DNA of 34,908 nucleotides. Origin: a virus (taxonomy: Duplodnaviria > Caudoviricetes). A model generated the notes under the pieces. It had not been told where the DNA came from, did not search any database, and saw nothing but the letters and a program-made list of their open reading frames with translations. Below, piece after piece: positions 8,360 through 17,466 of the stretch. The stretch spans positions 1-34,908 of the IMG/VR virus record IMGVR_UViG_3300002098_000089; one strand, 5' to 3'. Within the stretch, counting starts at the first letter, position 1. The number at the start of each line of letters is the position of its first letter. Position numbers and translations under genes: made by a program.

Positions 8360-8892
8360 AATTATCCATTTGCTCAATCTGCCAAAAAGAATTTACCAAA
8401 CAGCGCATGGGCCAGGTAGTCTGCTCCCCAAAATGTGCCATCAAAATCCCTAAAGTTACTAGACAAAAAGAAAAAGCATTAGTAACCAAGCGTAAAGAGG
8501 CGATCAAGACTAAAGGTGAGGTTGAGAATGATGTAGAGAAGGTAGTTAATGCCTACATCAGGGAAAGAGATAAAGACCTTCCTTGCATCTCCTGTGGCGC
8601 TACAACTTGCTATCCCTATTTTCATGCCGGTCACTTTATTGCAGTAGGGGCTAATCCATCTATTCGTTTTGAAACTGAAAATATCCATAAACAATGCGCC
8701 AAATGTAATACCTGGGGCAATGGGTCTTATGGCACTTATCGCATTGGCCTGATTAAGAAAATCGGATTAGACAGAGTTGACTGGTTAGAAGGGCCACATC
8801 CTGTTAGGAAGTACACCAAGGATGATTTGCTAGAGATTAAAGCGCAGTACAAAACCAAACTGAAAGACTTGAAAGGGGGATCGCATGGCTAA
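8356..8892 (+). CDS. ninG: NinG/Rap-like HNH endonuclease
   Basis: CSIC, CSPKC, YIRERD..LPCISCG, HAGHF, RF...NIHKQC..CN; TTG start overlapping upstream stop. Confidence 0.9.
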   Translation: MKLSICSICQKEFTKQRMGQVVCSPKCAIKIPKVTRQKEKALVTKRKEAIKTKGEVENDVEKVVNAYIRERDKDLPCISCGATTCYPYFHAGHFIAVGANPSIRFETENIHKQCAKCNTWGNGSYGTYRIGLIKKIGLDRVDWLEGPHPVRKYTKDDLLEIKAQYKTKLKDLKGGSHG

Positions 8893-9145
8893 GAAAAAGG
8901 TAATAGTAGCAGTGAGTGAAACAGGCGAGAGGATTGGTGAGGATCATCCTAATGCGCGATTGAATAATGAACAAGTAGATCGGATTCGGGATTTGCGAGA
9001 AGGATTCGGGTTGACCTATGTTCAGTTAGCTGCGATGTATAGCGTTACTCGATCTTGCATAGCTGGTATCTGTCAGTACAGAAGGTATGTATCGACTCCT
9101 TTTGGATTTAAGACTTTGATCATGGAGGTCGAAGATGGCAACTAA
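8885..9145 (+). CDS. Small HTH protein; candidate late-gene regulator
   Basis: GEDHPNARL..EQV..IR followed by LTYVQLAAMYSVTRSCIAGI helix-turn-helix; sits between ninG and terminase. Confidence 0.7.
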   Translation: MAKKKVIVAVSETGERIGEDHPNARLNNEQVDRIRDLREGFGLTYVQLAAMYSVTRSCIAGICQYRRYVSTPFGFKTLIMEVEDGN

Positions 9146-9416
9146 ACCTAGCACTAAAATAGCGAAAAATAATAATTTAGCGGGTAAAAAACAGGGTAGG
9201 CCTAAAGGCGCTCCGAATAAAAATACTAAAGCGCTCAAAGATATGATCCTAGGTGCATTGGATAAAGCGGGTGGTGAAGAGTATTTACAACGCCAGGCAG
9301 ATGATAATCCTAATGCCTTTCTATCTTTAATTGGTAGGGTATTACCGACTGAACTGAAAGCCAATGTAGAAGGCAATATCACAGTCAATGTGATTACAGG
9401 CGTGCCGCGTGTCTGA
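9135..9416 (+). CDS. terS: Terminase small subunit (putative)
   Basis: GRPKGAPNK.T..LKDMI..AL...GG..YL motif; directly upstream of terL. Confidence 0.75.
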   Translation: MATKPSTKIAKNNNLAGKKQGRPKGAPNKNTKALKDMILGALDKAGGEEYLQRQADDNPNAFLSLIGRVLPTELKANVEGNITVNVITGVPRV

Positions 9417-10734
9417 TAAAGAGTTTAGCTTGGGTCTTGGGTACTTTCCGCGTGATTGGCAGCGTAAGTGTCATGTAGAACGCAAGCGCTTTACTGTCTT
9501 AGCTCTGCATCGTAGGGCAGGGAAGTCAGAATTTGCCATCATGGAGTTAATTGATAAGGCAATGGATTTCAATTTGGAATTGGGATTTTTCATTTACATT
9601 GCACCGTATTTGAAGCAGGCCAAGGCGATTGCCTGGGCAAGATTGAAAGCTCGGATAGAGCCGATGCGCCAACATTCCATGATTGAAGTTAATGAATCTG
9701 AGTTATCCGTTAAGTTCAAACACAATGGTGCGATCATCCGGATCTTTGGCGCTGATAATTATGAGGCGCTTAGAGGCCTGCGGATCGATGGCGGAGTGAT
9801 TGATGAAGTAGCTCAGGTTAAACCGGAGCTATGGCAAGATGTCGTACAGCCGGCTGCATCAGATCGCAAGGGCTGGATTATCTTTATTGGGACGCCACAA
9901 GGGGTCAATCTCTTTTCTGAGTTGTATTACAAAGCCAAAAGTCTGCCTGACTGGACTAGCGCGAAGTTCACTGTTTACGATACCCATTCGATTGATCCCG
10001 CAGAAGTAGAGCGCTTAAAGCGTGATATGAGCGAAACCTCTTTCTCTCGCGAGTATCTTTGCGACTTTACCGCAGCCGGTGATGATCAGTTAATGTCGTT
10101 AGCGGATGTCGAAACCGCAGCCCAGACAGTTTATCGCCCTGGTGAGATGGATTACGCCTCTAAGATCCTAGGGGTTGATCCAGCACGATTTGGTGATGAT
10201 CGCTCTGTCATATTCCCAAGACAGGGCATGGCTGCTCTTGAACCCGAAGTCTATCGTGGTTTGGATAATATGGATCTAGCCTCTAGGGTGGCGGCGAAGA
10301 TCGAGTCCTGGAAACCAGATGCAGTATTCATCGATGCCGGTGGTGGTGCTGGGGTAATAGATCGATTAAGACAGCTTGGGTACGATGTGATTGAGGTCAA
10401 CTTTGGTGGTAAGCCAATGGATAACGGCTATCTAAATAAGCGTGCAGAGATGTGGTTTGAACTCGCTGGATGGGTTAAGCAGGGCGGATCTATTCCGAAT
10501 ATGGTTGATCTCAAGCAAGACTTGGCTGCCCCGATCTATTGGTATGACAGCGCAGGCCGTAAGCAATTAGAACCAAAAGATGATATTAAAAAGCGTGGTT
10601 TGCCCTCACCAGATCTGGGTGATGCCCTGGCGCTAACCTTTGCGCAACCCGTTGCTAAGTTATCCATACTCGATAAATCGCGTCAACAAAATGAGCGTAA
10701 ACGGGAATTTAACCCGTACGAACACCTTAAATGA
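9409..10734 (+). CDS. terL: Terminase large subunit
   Basis: HRRAGKS Walker A, LRG, VIDE Walker B, FIGTP.G; nuclease GVDPARFGDD and SPDLGDALALTFA. Confidence 0.96.
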   Translation: MSDKEFSLGLGYFPRDWQRKCHVERKRFTVLALHRRAGKSEFAIMELIDKAMDFNLELGFFIYIAPYLKQAKAIAWARLKARIEPMRQHSMIEVNESELSVKFKHNGAIIRIFGADNYEALRGLRIDGGVIDEVAQVKPELWQDVVQPAASDRKGWIIFIGTPQGVNLFSELYYKAKSLPDWTSAKFTVYDTHSIDPAEVERLKRDMSETSFSREYLCDFTAAGDDQLMSLADVETAAQTVYRPGEMDYASKILGVDPARFGDDRSVIFPRQGMAALEPEVYRGLDNMDLASRVAAKIESWKPDAVFIDAGGGAGVIDRLRQLGYDVIEVNFGGKPMDNGYLNKRAEMWFELAGWVKQGGSIPNMVDLKQDLAAPIYWYDSAGRKQLEPKDDIKKRGLPSPDLGDALALTFAQPVAKLSILDKSRQQNERKREFNPYEHLK

Positions 10735-10904
10735 GTTCTATTTATCAAATCAGGTTTGACTTTCACGATACCGGCAAGGTAGAGGTAGTGGAAGGAGGGC
10801 TGCTCAGTGAAACCAATCCACAATTTATAGCTGCCATCTCCTTTGCCCTGAGATCTATGGCAGATGTCTTGCAAGCACAAGGTAAGAAGCTAGAACTAGG
10901 CTAG
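10731..10904 (+). CDS. Small hypothetical protein (57 aa, not in ORF track)
   Basis: MSSIYQIRFDF...KKLELG*; ATGA overlap with the terL stop. Confidence 0.6.
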   Translation: MSSIYQIRFDFHDTGKVEVVEGGLLSETNPQFIAAISFALRSMADVLQAQGKKLELG

Positions 10905-10906
10905 TA

Positions 10907-10938
10907 GTGCGCGTACTGTGGTCATAACTCCTTACAGT
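10907..10938 (+). promoter_or_regulatory. Late promoter candidate 1
   Basis: GTGCGCGTAC-N16-TACAGT. Confidence 0.7.
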
Positions 10939-10965
10939 GGTCTTAACTAATTGTGAGGCCGCACA

Positions 10966-11460
10966 ATGCAAGCAGCAGAATCATCCCTTATTTCTATCGA
11001 ACCCGATCTTAGATTGGCAGTAGAGTCATTTTCTTCTCCAGCGCTAGAGCGAAGAGATCGTATTCAATCATTTGAAAATGCGCTCATGGGGATGCCCCAG
11101 GTAGAACTCAAGGTCACTCATTATTTTGCCGATGGTTTATACGCTAGGGAGATGTTTATCCCCAAAGGAACAATGCTCACAGGAGCATTACATCTGTTTG
11201 AACATATCAATGTCTGCTCACAAGGGGATATTTCTGTTTATACCGAGGATGGGATCAAGAGAATTGTCGCTCCCGCTACCTTAGTTTGCGCTCCAGGATC
11301 TAAACGCATCGGCTATGCCCATGAAGATACGATCTGGACAACCTTTCATGCGACTACCGCAACCACAGTAGAAGAGGCGGAGGCTACTTTAGTCCTGGCT
11401 AATCACGATGGCCTTACTTATGCAGAAGGCAAACAACAAGTTAAGGAGTTATCACAATGA
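10966..11460 (+). CDS. Cupin-fold protein
   Basis: HYFADGLYAREMFIPKG..LTG..H...H...CSQG.I.V, APGSKR..YAHEDT.W..FH: double-stranded beta-helix pattern with His residues. Confidence 0.75.
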   Translation: MQAAESSLISIEPDLRLAVESFSSPALERRDRIQSFENALMGMPQVELKVTHYFADGLYAREMFIPKGTMLTGALHLFEHINVCSQGDISVYTEDGIKRIVAPATLVCAPGSKRIGYAHEDTIWTTFHATTATTVEEAEATLVLANHDGLTYAEGKQQVKELSQ

Positions 11461-11789
11461 GTATGTCAATGACCGCAGTAGCCTGGGCTGGATTTGCAGT
11501 TGCAGCTACAACCGCTTACAGCGCATATAGCGCCTCACAGAACGCAGCTAAAGCTAACGCTACTCAGCAACAAGCTATGCAACAAGCTAAAGGTATTGCC
11601 GATCAACAAGCTACTGTTCAAACTGAGCAGATCAATAAGGCCAATGCTAAGTCACCAGATGTCGGGGCGTTGCTCTCAGCGAACCAACAAAATGCCAAGG
11701 GTGGACAGTCTGGCACGATGCTTACTGGCCCTGGTGGTATTGATCCTTCCGTTCTTTCCTTGGGCAAAAGCTCATTACTGGGTGGCTAA
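11457..11789 (+). CDS. Small Ala/Gln-rich virion/ejection-type protein
   Basis: Hydrophobic N-terminus, Q/A-rich middle, C-terminal TMLTG...GKSSLLGG; strong AAGGAG RBS. Confidence 0.75.
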   Translation: MSMSMTAVAWAGFAVAATTAYSAYSASQNAAKANATQQQAMQQAKGIADQQATVQTEQINKANAKSPDVGALLSANQQNAKGGQSGTMLTGPGGIDPSVLSLGKSSLLGG

Positions 11790-12154
11790 TGACTCCCCTG
11801 CAAATCATTAAAGCTGATACAGAGAATCGGGGAAATGACCCGATGCACGAAGCCATGTTCTTTCATCACATGATGACCAATAAAGCAGAAGTATTGCGTA
11901 AAAACAATACGCTCTTAGTATTGCTGCCGTTGGAAGAAAATAACTTTGAGTTACATCTTTATACCGATGATGATGCTAAGAAACTCTATGAGTCTATGCA
12001 AGACTTTTGGAAACAGATTGAAAATAGAGACATTAAAAAGGTCTATACCGATATTACTAATCAAAAAGTGCTGGAATTAGCACAAAGAACTGGGTGGAAT
12101 ATTCAGCCATCTGACAATGAGAAGTACAACGCAATGGCAGTGGTGAGCGAATAA
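11789..12154 (+). CDS. Hypothetical protein, possibly degenerate GNAT fold
   Basis: TAATG-coupled at both ends; ELHLY...KKVYTDITNQKVLELAQRTGW resembles the GNAT C-terminal N...L..+.GF motif. Confidence 0.6.
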   Translation: MTPLQIIKADTENRGNDPMHEAMFFHHMMTNKAEVLRKNNTLLVLLPLEENNFELHLYTDDDAKKLYESMQDFWKQIENRDIKKVYTDITNQKVLELAQRTGWNIQPSDNEKYNAMAVVSE

Positions 12155-12636
12155 TGTGCGGCGGCAGCTCATGGAATCCGGTAAGTTGGGTAGCTCCAGC
12201 AGTTCAATCAGTTGGTAATGCCGTATCAGGCGCAGTCCAGGCAGTCGGTAAAGCTGCATCTGATGTAGGTACAGCAGCGCTGGTCGTAAATCAACAGCTT
12301 GGTGACATTGCTGTAAATGACTATAAAACAATCGGCGGAGTAGTTCAAAGTCTATCGCATGGTCAGATTGGTGAAGCGCTACAAAAGACTTGGGGTAGCG
12401 TTGTTTCAGATATGAACACCATTACTGGTGGTAAGCCCTTAACGAATCAAACTCTGGGCGCTCCTAATGCAGCGAGCCAAACGATTGCTAGTGGTCAGGC
12501 ACAACAAGCACCAACCTCTCTTAACAGTCAAACAATCTTGGGCGCTCCTGGTGTTACTGGATCTCTTACCACTCGAACGATTAGTGGGCCAGATAACACT
12601 TACAAGATGGATAAAACCACGATGTTAGGCCTTTGA
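12154..12636 (+). CDS. Small Gly/Ala/Thr-rich virion/ejection-type protein
   Basis: MCGG start, low complexity, C-terminal DKTTMLGL. Confidence 0.75.
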   Translation: MCGGSSWNPVSWVAPAVQSVGNAVSGAVQAVGKAASDVGTAALVVNQQLGDIAVNDYKTIGGVVQSLSHGQIGEALQKTWGSVVSDMNTITGGKPLTNQTLGAPNAASQTIASGQAQQAPTSLNSQTILGAPGVTGSLTTRTISGPDNTYKMDKTTMLGL

Positions 12637-12637
12637 C

Positions 12638-13066
12638 ATGACAGATCAAGAAGATTTCGATCTCTTTATTCGAGAACTTGGCCTGCCGATGGAAATTGTG
12701 GACGCCATGATCAATAACCTAGCAGATCAAATCCCCATGCCAGAAGGAGTTGATACCTTAAAGCTGGGTAAATCCCAGATCCAAGGTATCGGAATGTTCT
12801 CAGTAGAGAGCGTGAAGTCAGGATTTATCTTTGCTCCTGCGAGATTGGATGGGCATAGAACTCCAGCAGGGCGCTTTATCAATCATTCGATAAACCCCAA
12901 TAGCGTCTTTATTCAAGTAGCGATAGATGATTTATATGTGCGTGCGATGCGCGATATTGCTGCTGATGAAGAGGTGACGATCAGTTACCGGCAAGCAGCC
13001 CAGGTGAACGGTGCAGCAGACGCCATTACCGATCTTAAAAACTTATTAAGGAGTCAGACAGTATGA
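12638..13066 (+). CDS. SET-domain protein (putative protein-lysine methyltransferase)
   Basis: KSQIQGIGMF (motif I), RFINHS.NPN (motif III), RDIAADEEVTISY (motif IV). Confidence 0.9.
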   Translation: MTDQEDFDLFIRELGLPMEIVDAMINNLADQIPMPEGVDTLKLGKSQIQGIGMFSVESVKSGFIFAPARLDGHRTPAGRFINHSINPNSVFIQVAIDDLYVRAMRDIAADEEVTISYRQAAQVNGAADAITDLKNLLRSQTV

Positions 13067-14772
13067 GTGAATACACCGGAGACAACCAACCGAATACTAA
13101 AACACCTGATAGAGATAAGCTCTATACCCGTTGGGGACAACTCAAGAGTGAACGCGCTTCCTGGTTAGCCCATTGGAAAGAGATCAGTGACTATATGCTG
13201 CCACGATCAGGTCGATTCTTTATTCAAGATCGAGATAAGGGTTATCGCAGACACAATAATATTTATGATTCGACTGGCACAAGAGCATTAAGAGTTCTGG
13301 CTGCGGGGATGATGAGTGGTATGACTAGCCCAGCGCGGCCTTGGTTTCGCCTAGGGATTGCCGATCATCAACTGATGCAGTACCAACCCGTTAAAGTTTG
13401 GCTCAATCAAGTCACTAGCTTGATGTTAGAGATCTTCCAACGGGGTAATACTTACCGCGCCCTGCACTCGATGTATGAGGAATTAGGTGCTTTTGGTACA
13501 TCTGCTTCGATTGTGATGGATGATTTTCAAGATGTCATCCGTCATTACCCGCTAACTACTGGTGAGTTTGCGATTGCCACTGACTATCGTGGTCAGGTCA
13601 ATACGATCTATCGGGAGTTTCAAAAGACAGTCCATGAAATAGTGGGTGAGTTTGGCATCAATAATGTCAGTAATTCAGTTAAATCGATGTACAACCGAGG
13701 ATCATTAGACCAGTGGATCACGATTGTCCACGCTATTGAACCACGATCAGATCGCGATCCTAGTAAGAAAGACGCAATGAACATGGCTTATCGTTCTTGC
13801 TACTTTGAACTCAATGGTCAAAAGAATAAGTATCTTTCGGAGTCTGGCTTTAAACACTTTCCAGCACTAGCGCCTAGATGGGCTACATCCGGTGGTGACA
13901 TCTACGGCAATAGCCCAGGAATGGAAGCTCTAGGGGATATTAAACAACTCCAGCATGAGCAGTTACGCAAAGCTCAAGGGATTGATTACAAGACTAAACC
14001 GCCATTGCAAGTGCCAACCTCAATGAAAAACCGCGATATAGAAACCCTGCCTGGCGGGATTTCATTCGTAGATTCTTCTAGCAATACTCAGGGGATTCAG
14101 ACGGCCTTTGAAGTCAATATCGATTTAAGTCATCTATTAGCAGATATTCAAGATGTGCGAGGGCGGATTCAAGGATCGTTCTATGCCGACTTGTTTCTCA
14201 TGTTAGCGAATCAAACCGATGCCAGGATGACGGCAACTGAGGTGGCGGAAAGGCATGAAGAGAAACTCTTGATGCTTGGCCCAGTTCTAGAGCGCTTACA
14301 AAATGAGCTACTCGATCCATTGATTGAAATGACCTTCAATCGCATGATTGCTGCTGGGATTGTTCCGCCACCGCCCCAAGAACTACAGGGCGCTGACATT
14401 CAAGTGGAGTTTGTATCGATGTTAGCCCAGGCTCAAAGAGCAGTAGCGACTAATGGCGTGGATCGCTTCATGGGTAGCCTAGGAATGATTGCTCAGATGA
14501 AGCCAGAAGTATTGGACAACATCGATGCTGATAAATGGGCAGAAAGCTATTCCGATATGTTGGGTGTCGATCCAGAACTCATCGTCCCTGGCGATAAGGT
14601 TGCTCTCATTCGTCAAGATAGGGCGAAACAACAACAACAACTATCTAAGCAAGAGGCAATGGCTCAAGGCGCTCAAACCGCTAAGACTATGTCTGGTGCA
14701 GATACATCCGGTAAGAACGCTCTCACAGATGTCATGGGAATGTTCTCTGGCTATAACCAACAACCCCAATAA
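13063..14772 (+). CDS. Portal (head-to-tail connector), T7/BPP-1 type
   Basis: LAAGMMSGMTSPARPWF, YG.SPGMEALGD, MTATEVAERHEEKLLMLGPVLERL. Confidence 0.95.
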   Translation: MSEYTGDNQPNTKTPDRDKLYTRWGQLKSERASWLAHWKEISDYMLPRSGRFFIQDRDKGYRRHNNIYDSTGTRALRVLAAGMMSGMTSPARPWFRLGIADHQLMQYQPVKVWLNQVTSLMLEIFQRGNTYRALHSMYEELGAFGTSASIVMDDFQDVIRHYPLTTGEFAIATDYRGQVNTIYREFQKTVHEIVGEFGINNVSNSVKSMYNRGSLDQWITIVHAIEPRSDRDPSKKDAMNMAYRSCYFELNGQKNKYLSESGFKHFPALAPRWATSGGDIYGNSPGMEALGDIKQLQHEQLRKAQGIDYKTKPPLQVPTSMKNRDIETLPGGISFVDSSSNTQGIQTAFEVNIDLSHLLADIQDVRGRIQGSFYADLFLMLANQTDARMTATEVAERHEEKLLMLGPVLERLQNELLDPLIEMTFNRMIAAGIVPPPPQELQGADIQVEFVSMLAQAQRAVATNGVDRFMGSLGMIAQMKPEVLDNIDADKWAESYSDMLGVDPELIVPGDKVALIRQDRAKQQQQLSKQEAMAQGAQTAKTMSGADTSGKNALTDVMGMFSGYNQQPQ

Positions 14773-14784
14773 AGGAGTACGACT

Positions 14785-15057
14785 ATGACTTATCCATTTT
14801 TAGATACCACCAATGACCTAACCCCGATCAACTCGATGAAGGTCGTAACGCCTAGCGATTCTGTTGATTTGCCTAGTGGTATTTGTCGGGCAATGGTATT
14901 AAACGCTGCCGGCACGATTAAGTTTGATACGGCTGCTGGCGATACAGTAACTTTGACTATTAGCGCATCTTGGTTTGGTGTGACTTATATCCGCGCCAAG
15001 AGAATCTATGCAACGGGTACAACCATTGCTGCTGGCTCAATCTTTGCTTGTTATTAA
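14785..15057 (+). CDS. Head spike-base-like protein (RcGTA Rcc01079-like)
   Basis: VTPSDSVDL...CRA...AGTI...RIYATGT pattern. Confidence 0.7.
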   Translation: MTYPFLDTTNDLTPINSMKVVTPSDSVDLPSGICRAMVLNAAGTIKFDTAAGDTVTLTISASWFGVTYIRAKRIYATGTTIAAGSIFACY

Positions 15058-15066
15058 GGATCAATC

Positions 15067-15381
15067 ATGGCCCTTAAAAATATGGCAGTACCTAATGTTG
15101 CTGATGACCTGGCTGAGATGGCAAATCCGTATGGCTTTGGCTTACTGATTCGCTTAAATCCAGAACAGTGTGACATCTTAGGATTAAAAAGCCCACCAGT
15201 AGCCGGCACGATGATGTCTATTAAGGCAATGGCGTGTACTACCAGTGTTACCCAAGAAGTCGATGCAGGCGAGAGCGAGAAAGAACTTTATCTGGAATTA
15301 CAGATCACAGACCTTGAACTCACTCATGCAAGCAACGCAAGTAAGTCGGCCTCCATGCTCTATGGCGATGACGCTGAATGA
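15067..15381 (+). CDS. Putative capsid staple protein (epsilon15 gp10-like)
   Basis: YGFGLLIRL..EQ...LG, LELQITDL, ASMLYG. Confidence 0.65.
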   Translation: MALKNMAVPNVADDLAEMANPYGFGLLIRLNPEQCDILGLKSPPVAGTMMSIKAMACTTSVTQEVDAGESEKELYLELQITDLELTHASNASKSASMLYGDDAE

Positions 15382-15413
15382 GTGCGCGTACTTGGGTATT
15401 AAGTAGATAAATT
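15382..15413 (+). promoter_or_regulatory. Late promoter candidate 2
   Basis: GTGCGCGTAC-N16-TAAATT. Confidence 0.7.
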
Positions 15414-15419
15414 AAGAGC

Positions 15420-15761
15420 ATGAGTGATTTTGATCCATTTGACCTAAGAGGCCAGGAGCGCAAAAAGGAAGATTCCGATGAGCGCATCAAGCTAGTAATA
15501 GATCAGGAAAAAGACGATTTTAAGTGGCTCATGTGTAGTAAAAGAGGTCGCCGCATTGTGTGGCGATTGCTGGAGCGTACTGGTGTGTACCGTAGTTCGT
15601 TTACAGGCAATTCAGAAACCTTCTTTAGAGAAGGCCAACGAAATGTCGGTTTGATGCTAATGGCACAAATTAACGAAAGTAGTCCAGACCAATACGCGTT
15701 AATGCTCAAGGAGCAAAACGATGTCAGAAACAAATACGCTGATGACCAACGCCACAAATAA
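15420..15761 (+). CDS. Bbp19-like head-region protein
   Basis: D.KWLM.SKRGRRIVWRLL..TGV..SSF, FFREGQRNVGL. Confidence 0.8.
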   Translation: MSDFDPFDLRGQERKKEDSDERIKLVIDQEKDDFKWLMCSKRGRRIVWRLLERTGVYRSSFTGNSETFFREGQRNVGLMLMAQINESSPDQYALMLKEQNDVRNKYADDQRHK

Positions 15762-16410
15762 CACTGACGGCGCTGCATCTTCTGGTGTAACAGAAGCAAC
15801 AACTACTGAATCAGCCAATATAAGCGCTGATACAACTGCTGCCCCTGCTACCCAATCGAGTAATGAGTCAACCGAAGGTAAACCATCTACTACTGCTCCA
15901 CAAGACAGTACAGAAGGCAAGACTGATGGCGAACAGGCTGCTGGTAATGATCCGGTAGTGCCTGAGAAGTATGAATTTAAAGCTCCCGAAGGGCGCGAGT
16001 TTGATGCACAAGTGCTAGAACAATTTTCAGAAGTCGCCAAGGAATTGAAATTATCCCAAGAAGGCGCGCAAAAGGTCATCGACAAACTTAGTAGTGCCAT
16101 TGCTGAAAAGCAAATTTCTACCATGCAATCTGCCAAAGATGAATGGGTAAAAGCCGTCAACGCTGATAAAGAAATTGGTGGCGATAAGTTAAACGAAAAC
16201 CTATCAGTAGCAAAGAAGGCCTTAGAAACCTTTGGATCTCCTGAGTTGCGTACATTGCTCAACGACTCTGGTTTAGGCAATCATCCTGAGATGATCAGGG
16301 CGTTTTTCAAAGCCGGACAAGCAATTAGTGAGGATCGCATGGTGTCAGGTGGCATCGGTGGTCCTGGAGGGGCGCGAGATCCAGCCAAGTCCCTCTATCC
16401 AAATCAGTAA
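15721..16410 (+). CDS. Capsid scaffolding protein
   Basis: Acidic/Thr-rich N-terminus, PEKYEFKAPEG, AKEL.LSQE.AQK, GLGNHPE, ISED; precedes MCP. Confidence 0.85.
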   Translation: MSETNTLMTNATNNTDGAASSGVTEATTTESANISADTTAAPATQSSNESTEGKPSTTAPQDSTEGKTDGEQAAGNDPVVPEKYEFKAPEGREFDAQVLEQFSEVAKELKLSQEGAQKVIDKLSSAIAEKQISTMQSAKDEWVKAVNADKEIGGDKLNENLSVAKKALETFGSPELRTLLNDSGLGNHPEMIRAFFKAGQAISEDRMVSGGIGGPGGARDPAKSLYPNQ

Positions 16411-16433
16411 TTTAATAACGAAAGGATTTTATT

Positions 16434-17438
16434 ATGGCTACTTTAGCAACCACAGCACTAACCCTCGCGGATTGGGCTAAAAGAATTGATCCAGATGGTC
16501 GCGTTCCAATCGTGGCAGAACTCTTGTCACAATCGAATGAGATCTTGGAAGATGCAGTATTTATGGAAGGTAACTTGCCTACCGGTCATCGCGTTGTGAT
16601 CCGTACTGGTTTACCTACTGTTTACTGGCGTGCAATTAACCAAGGTATTCCAACTTCTAAATCGACAACTGCACAAGTTGACGAATCAGTTGGTATGCTT
16701 GAGTCATACTCCGAGGTCGATAAAGACTTGGCAGACTTGAATGGTAATACTAGCCAGTTCCGTTTGAGCGAAGATTCAGCTTTCTTGGAAGCAATGAATC
16801 AAGCCCAGGCATCTACTATGTTCTACGGCAACCCAGGTACAGATCCTAAGCAGTATTTAGGTTTAGCGCCTCGTTATAGCGCCATCTCTGGTGCTGGTAA
16901 CTCACAGAACATCATCGATGCTGGTGGTACATCCACTAACAACACTTCTATCTACTTAGTAGTTTGGGGTGACAACACAGTATTTTGCCCATTCCCTAAA
17001 GGCTCTACTGCTGGTTTGATGCACGAAGATTTAGGTTTGAACACAGTATGGGATTCAAATGGTGGTCGTTACCAGGCTTATCGTACCCATTACCAGTGGA
17101 AAAATGGTTTAGTCGTTAAAGATTGGCGCTATGTCGTTCGTATTTGCAACATCAATACGGCTAACTTAGTTGCTCAATCCTCTGCTGCTGACTTGATTTC
17201 ATTGCTCAGTCGTTCATTGGATCGTATCCCTAACTTCGGTATGGGTCGCCCAGTGTTCTACATGAACCGCACTGTTTACTCAATGCTCCGCATCCAGGCT
17301 TTGAACAAGTCTAACTACGCTTTGTCAATCGAAAAAGGTTTGACACAGTTTGGTAGCGCAACAAGCTGGTTATCTTTCAACGGAGTACCTATCCGTAGAG
17401 TAGATCAGTTGCTAAATACCGAAGCTCGCGTAGTTTAA
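16434..17438 (+). CDS. Major capsid protein (BPP-1 Bbp17/epsilon15 gp7-like)
   Basis: TLADWAKR.DP.G, ELLSQSNEILED, RTGLP...WR..NQG, DWRYVVRICNI, GVPIRRVDQLLNTEARV. Confidence 0.95.
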   Translation: MATLATTALTLADWAKRIDPDGRVPIVAELLSQSNEILEDAVFMEGNLPTGHRVVIRTGLPTVYWRAINQGIPTSKSTTAQVDESVGMLESYSEVDKDLADLNGNTSQFRLSEDSAFLEAMNQAQASTMFYGNPGTDPKQYLGLAPRYSAISGAGNSQNIIDAGGTSTNNTSIYLVVWGDNTVFCPFPKGSTAGLMHEDLGLNTVWDSNGGRYQAYRTHYQWKNGLVVKDWRYVVRICNINTANLVAQSSAADLISLLSRSLDRIPNFGMGRPVFYMNRTVYSMLRIQALNKSNYALSIEKGLTQFGSATSWLSFNGVPIRRVDQLLNTEARVV

Positions 17439-17466
17439 CCAATAAATAATTGAAAGGAATTACAAA

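Noticed and set aside
11775-11789. C-terminal LLGG as a ubiquitin-like conjugation tail
   Set aside because: Protein is low-complexity rather than beta-grasp, the paralogue ends LGL, and no E1/E2/JAB genes are present
15503-16280. Long antisense ORFs (e.g. 15699-16280, also 9026-9388, 28457-28810, 32191-32517)
   Set aside because: Shadow frames of well-supported plus-strand genes, without RBS or recognisable motifs
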